A stretch of DNA of 64,000 bases from the human T2T-CHM13v2.0 reference genome, Homo sapiens. Where the stretch lies: NCBI RefSeq assembly GCF_009914755.1, contig NC_060930.1. One strand, 5' to 3'. This document shows, in pieces, positions 57,366 to 64,000 of this stretch (the first letter of the stretch is position 1; each line of letters begins with the position of its first letter). Under the pieces are notes generated by a model, which was not told the origin of the DNA, searched no databases, and was given only the letters and a program-made list of their open reading frames with translations. The position numbers and the translations under genes are program-made.

Positions 57366-58449
57366 CAGCTACAATGTTAACTACTAAGCTCTAAAAATTT
57401 AAACAGTCCCAGTAACAATGAGAATAGCAGCACGGTCCCAATAATAATGAGATCAGTAGTTCTCATTAGTTGTATGCTATGTTCGATACACTGCATTCAA
57501 AGGGGGTCAAGATTTGCTCCTATTTCTATTTGGGACTACAGCCAAACACTTGACCACCAAGAGATGCTGCCTCCTCCATTTATTTCAAAATGAACAAAGT
57601 GTTCAAGGCCCACTTTTGCACTTTTCTGAGGACTGGATCAAAAGTCTGAGGACTTCTGGATCAAAAGATCGATAGTGCAAGGACAGGGAAGGGGCCATAG
57701 CTTTCTTGAGGCAGCCAATCATGGAGTTCTCCAAACCATCTTAGACATCTTAGTTTTTTTTATCAGTTTCTTACTAATTCATATGCTTCCTCAGTTTAAC
57801 CAACCAAACTTGGTTGTATATTTCTACCCTCTGAGCCTGCCTATCTAAGGTACCATTTTACTTCTCTAACCAGACAACTTTGGCAGCCACTATCTAGTTC
57901 TCCCCTCTGACCTCCATATCATCATCCACCCTTTGCATAACTATTTCTCCTGAATATGATACCATTTTTCCAGTTCTTAAACATCATCACCCAAGAGCCT
58001 ACACAAATAAAAAACATGGATTGCCAAGTAGTGGCATGTAGGCAGAATCTGGGCCCCAAATGTATTTTCCTTCATCCTGCAACCTTCCAAGAAAACATTT
58101 TAATTTAAATGTTTGTAGGTAGGACTTAAGTTCTAATTTTTACACAGACCCATCACTTTCTTTTGTCTTTAACCAGTTACTTCTGAAATCACCAGAAGGT
58201 AATGAGGTTTAAGACATCTTAAAAGAGGAAGACTTATATTTCAAATACTCATAAATGGGAAGTGAGATTTTGAAAAAGCAACATGATGAGAAATCTTAGG
58301 AAGAGCAAAGAAGTAAAATAGAGACTCTTGATTTTAAAATAAACTCATATTTTTTGTTACAATTATTATATCTTTGTCATAGATATGTTGTGTCTTTGGG
58401 GAAATTGGAAAAGATATTCTGTTTACATTCTCAATCCGTTCCCCCAGTA

Positions 58450-58795
58450 TAAGCATATATCACATAACATTTCAGCCAATGATGGACCACATATACAACT
58501 GTGGTCCCATGAAATTATAATACTGTATTTTTACTGTACTTTTTATGTTTAGATATGTTTAGACACACAAATATTTAACATTGTAGTACAATTGCCTACA
58601 GTGTTCAGTACAGTAAAATGCTATTCAGGTTGATAGCCTAGGAGTAAAAGGCTATTAACACATAGCCAAGGTGTGTAGTAGGCTATGCCATCTAGGCTTG
58701 TGTAAGTACCCTCTATGATGTACGCACAATGACAAAACTGCCTAATAATACATTTCTCAGAATGTATCTTCATTGTTAAGCAATACCTGATTGCA
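58450..58795 (+). mobile_element. Tigger3a-like MITE
   Basis: Visibly homologous to 46823-47212 (ccaatga.g.acc.cata, agcctaggagtaa.aggctat, atttctcagaat). Confidence 0.8.
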
Positions 58796-61700
58796 TTTTA
58801 AATTAGTATATGTTTAAGCAAGTATATTATTTCACTGAAACCCAGAACAATTGGAACCCAAGAAAAGTTACTTGCAATGATGTAAAGACATGAATGAATT
58901 CATGTAATTTGATAAATAACAATATAACATGTTGGTATTTTTACATATAAACAAACATCATAACTAAATTTCAATGAGTTATAAGAATGCATGATATATT
59001 TTATATAAAACTTTAGAAAATATGAGAATCTACATCCAGAGTAAGCTTGTTATCAGTAAATTCCATGTAGAAAAACCAGAATAAAACTTACTACTGTATC
59101 TACATTTGTTTCCTAGTAAGGAAAATGGTTCAGCTACCTGTGTCCTGAAGGTAGTCACTGAAGAGAAACTGCTGTGATGCCAGAGGCAAACTTGAGTGCA
59201 TCTGATTATCATCTTATATGTAAACATAGTGAAAAAGAGGTAAAATTCTGAGGCACCCTCACATTTTAAAAGAGATCTGAAAACAAAGTGATATCAGCAA
59301 GATGGCATAATAGCAGTTTCCAGTGCTCATTTCCTCACAGAGACATCAATTTGAACAACCCATTCACATGCAACAAAAATATCTGCCTGAGAGCTAAGGA
59401 ATATAGTGCCTGAGTAGAGCACAGAAATAAACACATACATTGAAGAGGGTATGAAGAACAGTTTTATATTACCCACCCATATCACCCCCTTCCCAAGCCT
59501 GTACTGCATACCATGGAGAGATAACTTCCATATGAGGGAGAATAGTGAAGTGAGCACTTGACTTCAAAGTAGACTCCAGCACTTGCCCCAGTGAACTCTA
59601 GTGTCAAGTTGGCCCCTTCAGACCGAGGATTTGGGCCTGCCCATGCAGATCTGTGTTTCAGGACTGCCCTCACAGACCCAAGTGCCAGACCAACTCCAGT
59701 ACAGGATGACCCCCATGAACTCAGACCAAAAGCCCACCCCACTGCCTGACTGTTTTCTGTGGACTCAGGTTTTAGGCCATCCTCCACAGACCCAGTCTCC
59801 AGGCCCACCACAATGGACCATAGTCCCAGCTTTACTCCCATGGTCCAAAATATCAAGTCAGCCCCTATAAGCTAAGATGATGAGAGGACCATCTGTCCCC
59901 TGACGAAAACATCAGGCCAGTCCTCCCAAGGATTTCAGCAGCATGCCTATCCATGAACCCTTCCAGCTGACCTTTTCAGAATCCTTGGTCAGGCTGACTG
60001 ATGAAGGGCTTTCCCTGCTAAGGCCAGTCTGAAGACTGGCAAATGTGCCTATGTCTTCAAATGCATAGGCACCAGCTCAAGGCCACAACAAACCAAATAT
60101 CAGAGAAATATGACACTACCAAAGGGGCAAGTAAAATACTAGTAACTGACTTTAAAGAAATGGATATCTATGAACTGCTTGAGAAATAATTTAACATAAT
60201 CTTCTAACAAAGAAGCTAAGTGAGCTAAAGGAGAACACAGAAAGGCAGCTAACCCAAATCAGGAAACAACACCTGAAAAAAATCAGAAGTTCAACAGAGA
60301 GACAGAAACCATACAAAAGAACAAAACAAAAATTCTGGAGCTGACGAACACAATAACTGAACTGAAAAAAATTGCATAGACAGCTTCGACAGTAGGTTCA
60401 ATCAAATAGAAGAAAGAATCAGAAAGCTTGAAGACAGGCTTGACATTATTCAGTCAGAGGATCAAGAATGGAAAAAAAGGATGAAAAGGGGAGAAGAAAG
60501 CCAATGGAACATATGAAACACCATGAAGCTAATCAATATACATATTATGTGAGTTTCAGAGGAAGCAGAGATGGAGAAAGAAGAAGAAAGCTTGTTTAAA
60601 AAAAATAATGTTAGAAAACTTCCCAAATCTAGACTGGGAAATAAACATTAATATCCATGAATACCAAGAGCCCTAAAAAGATTAAACATAAAGAGATCTT
60701 CACCAAGATACATTATAATCAAATTTTCAAAAGTCAAAGACAAAAAATTTTGAAAGCAACTAGAGAAAAGTGATTTGTTATGTATAAGGGAAACTCCGTA
60801 AGATTACAAGCAGTTTTCTCAGTAGAGACTTGCAGGCCAGGAGAAAGTGGGATAATATAATCAAAGTGCTGGTGGGGGAAAAATACTGTCAACCAATAAT
60901 ACTATATCCAGAAAAGCTGTCTTTAAGAAATGAAGGAGTGATAAAGACCTTCCTAGATAAACAAAAACTGTGGATGTTAGTCCCTACTAGAACTACCTTA
61001 CAAAAAATTAATGTTAGAGTTCTTTGAGTTAAAATAAAAGAAAGCTAATTAACAAAATGAAAATATATGAAAGTAAAATCTCATTGTAAAGGTAACAGTA
61101 TAGTCAAATTCACAATATCCTAATACTGTAATGGTGCCATACAAGTCACTTTGATATAAAAGTTAAAAGACAAAAGTATTAAAGACAACTAAAGCTACAA
61201 CAATTTGTTAATGGGTACACAATATAAAAAGATGTAAATTGTGACATTAATAACATAAAACATGGGGAGAGGAGAAGTTAAAGTGTAGTTTTTGTTTGCA
61301 GTCAAAGTTAAATTGTTACCAGCTTAAAGCAGACTATTATAACTATAAGAGGTTTCATGTAAGCCTCATGTTACCACAAAGAAAAAATCTGTAAGTAGAT
61401 ACATAAAGATAAAGGAATTAAAACATACCACCACAAAAAAAATCATCAGATCACAAGAGGATGGCAAGAGAGGAAGAACGGAATAAAGTAACTCCAAAAT
61501 AGAAAACAACAGTTTGTCAGTACTGGGTCCTTGCCTACCAATAATTATCTTAAAAGTAAATAGACTAAATTCTTTAATCAAAAGACAAAGAGTGGCCAAA
61601 TGGATTAAAAAGTATAAGATCAAACTATATGCTGCCTACAAGAGATTCACTTTAGCTTTAAGGAAGCACATAGTCTGAAAGTAAAGTTATGGATTAAGAA

Positions 61701-62173
61701 ATTCCATGTAAATGGTAACCAAAGGAGAACAAGGATGGCTATCCTTATATCGCACAATGTAGATTTTAAGTCAAACACTGTCAAAAGAGACAAAGAAGAT
61801 CATTATATAATGACAAAAGGATCAATTCATCAAGAGCACATAATAATGTAAGTATATATTTACCCAACATCGGAGCACCTAAATATATAAAATGAATGCT
61901 AACAGAATCGAAGGAAATAAACAGCAATATGATTAATAGTAGCAGATTTCAGTACTTCACGTTTGACAATGGATAGATCATCCTGACAGAAACTCAACAA
62001 GGAAACAATACATTTGAAGAACACTATAAACCTAAACAATGTAACAGATGTATATAGAATATTCCATCCAGCAACAGCAGAATACACATTATTTTCAAGT
62101 GCACACAGACAATTCTCCAGGATAGATAATATATTAATATATTAGACCACAAAACAAGTCTTAACATATTTAA

Positions 62174-62176
62174 TTT

Positions 62177-62217
<41 letters not shown>

Positions 62218-62624
62218 GAGAGAGGGTCGCATCTGTTGCCTGGGCTAGAGTGCAGTGGCACTCACTGTTGCCTGGGCTAGAGTGCAGTGGCACTCACTGT
62301 TGCCTGGGCTAGAGTGCAGTGGCACTCACTGTTGCCTGGGCTAGAGTGCAGTGGCACTCACTGTTGCTTGGGCTAGAGTGCAGTGGCACTCACTGTAGCC
62401 TAGAACTCCTGGGCTCAAGCAATCCTCCCACCTCAGCCTCCTGAGTAGCTGCTGGGATTACAGCTGAGTGCCACAATGCCCAGCTAATGTTTTAAAATTT
62501 TTTTGTAGAGACAGGGTCTCACTGTGTTGCCCAGGCTGGTCTAGAACTCCTTACCTCAAGCAATCCTCCCACCTCAGCCTCCTAAAATGCTGTGATTACA
62601 GGCATGAGCTATTGCTGTCTGGCC
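62174..62624 (-). mobile_element. AluJ containing a minisatellite
   Basis: (TTTA)n tail; TSD tctta(a/t)catatttaa (62159-62173/62625-62639). Confidence 0.9.
62233..62392. repeat. Alu-derived minisatellite, 5 x 32 bp
   Basis: ctgttgcctgggctagagtgcagtggcactca starts at 62233, 62265, 62297, 62329 and 62361; the last copy has one C>T. Confidence 0.97.
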
Positions 62625-63280
62625 TCTTATCATATTTAAGAAAGTTGAAATCATGTCTTCTCTTTTCTGACCACAAAAAAACATAAAACAAGAGATCAGT
62701 AATATGAAGAAAATTTGAAAATTCTCAAATATGTGGAAATTAAACAATTCATTGAACAATCAATGGGCCAAAAAATAAAAGGGAAACCAAAAAATATCTT
62801 GAGATGAATGAAAATGGAAATACTACCTACAAAAACTTAGGAGATGCAACAAAATAAGTTCTAAGAGGATGGTTTATAGTAATAAATGCCTACATTTTTA
62901 AAAAAAGAAAGATTTTAAGCAACCTAATTTTATACCTCAAGGAGCTAGCAAAAGGAGAAAGACTAAGCCCAAACTTAGGAGAAGGAAGGAAATAACAAAG
63001 ATCAGGGCAGAAATAAATGGAATCAAGACTAGAAAACAAGAGAAAACAATCAATGAAACTAAGAGTTGGTTTTTGAAAAGATAAACACAATTACAAACTT
63101 TTAGCTAGACTAAAGAAAAGAGAGGAGATTCAAATAAATAAAATAAGAGATATTACAACTGATACTACAGAAATATAAGGGATCATAAGAGAATATATGA
63201 ACAATTGTATATCAACAAATTGGATAATCTAGAAGAAATGGATAAATTCCAGACACGTACAATCTACCAAAACTGAATCA

Positions 63281-63723
<443 letters not shown>

Positions 63724-64000
63724 TCAAACATTTAAAGAAAAACTAATACCAATCTTTCCCAAACTGTTTAAAAAATTAATGAGAATGAACCACTTCCACA
63801 CTCATTTTATAAGGCCAGCATTACTCTCATACTAAAGCCAGATAAGAATACAAGAAAAGAAAATTACAAGCCAATATCCCTGATAAACATAGACATGAAA
63901 ATTCTCAATGAAACACTAGCAAACCAAATTCAACATGACCATGGTCGATGGGATTTATACCTGAGATTCAAGAATGGTTCACTATATGCAAATTAATCAA

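Noticed and set aside
62233-62392. CRISPR-like 32-bp repeat array
   Set aside because: No spacers, the unit is Alu-derived, and the context is eukaryotic.

Overview
This is human (primate) genomic DNA, AT-rich and repeat-dense, inside the 5' part of SYNE1 (nesprin-1), which is transcribed on the minus strand. Eight canonical GT-AG coding exons (43163-43224, 29290-29385, 23669-23752, 14221-14313, 13403-13581, 8411-8607, 5843-5952, 1952-2002) splice in frame. They encode the tandem calponin-homology actin-binding domain, about residues 23-313, and a 21-nt cassette microexon (SMHRGSP, 14781-14801) can be added. The start codon and the spectrin-repeat exons lie outside the window. The introns contain Alu, L1, L2, MIR, MaLR/ERV LTRs and DNA-transposon fossils; subfamily labels come from recalled consensus motifs, not RepeatMasker. 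Notable non-routine features are: a NANOG 3'UTR retrocopy (probably NANOGP11), a tailless pre-tRNA-Tyr retroposon, a HERV-H LTR7 antisense to SYNE1, an orphan perfect splice donor preceded by an in-frame ATG, repeat and hairpin pairs flanking two exons, several templated-insertion scars and an Alu-derived VNTR. I see no convincing new multi-gene system. Most ORF-track entries are repeat-derived or chance ORFs.
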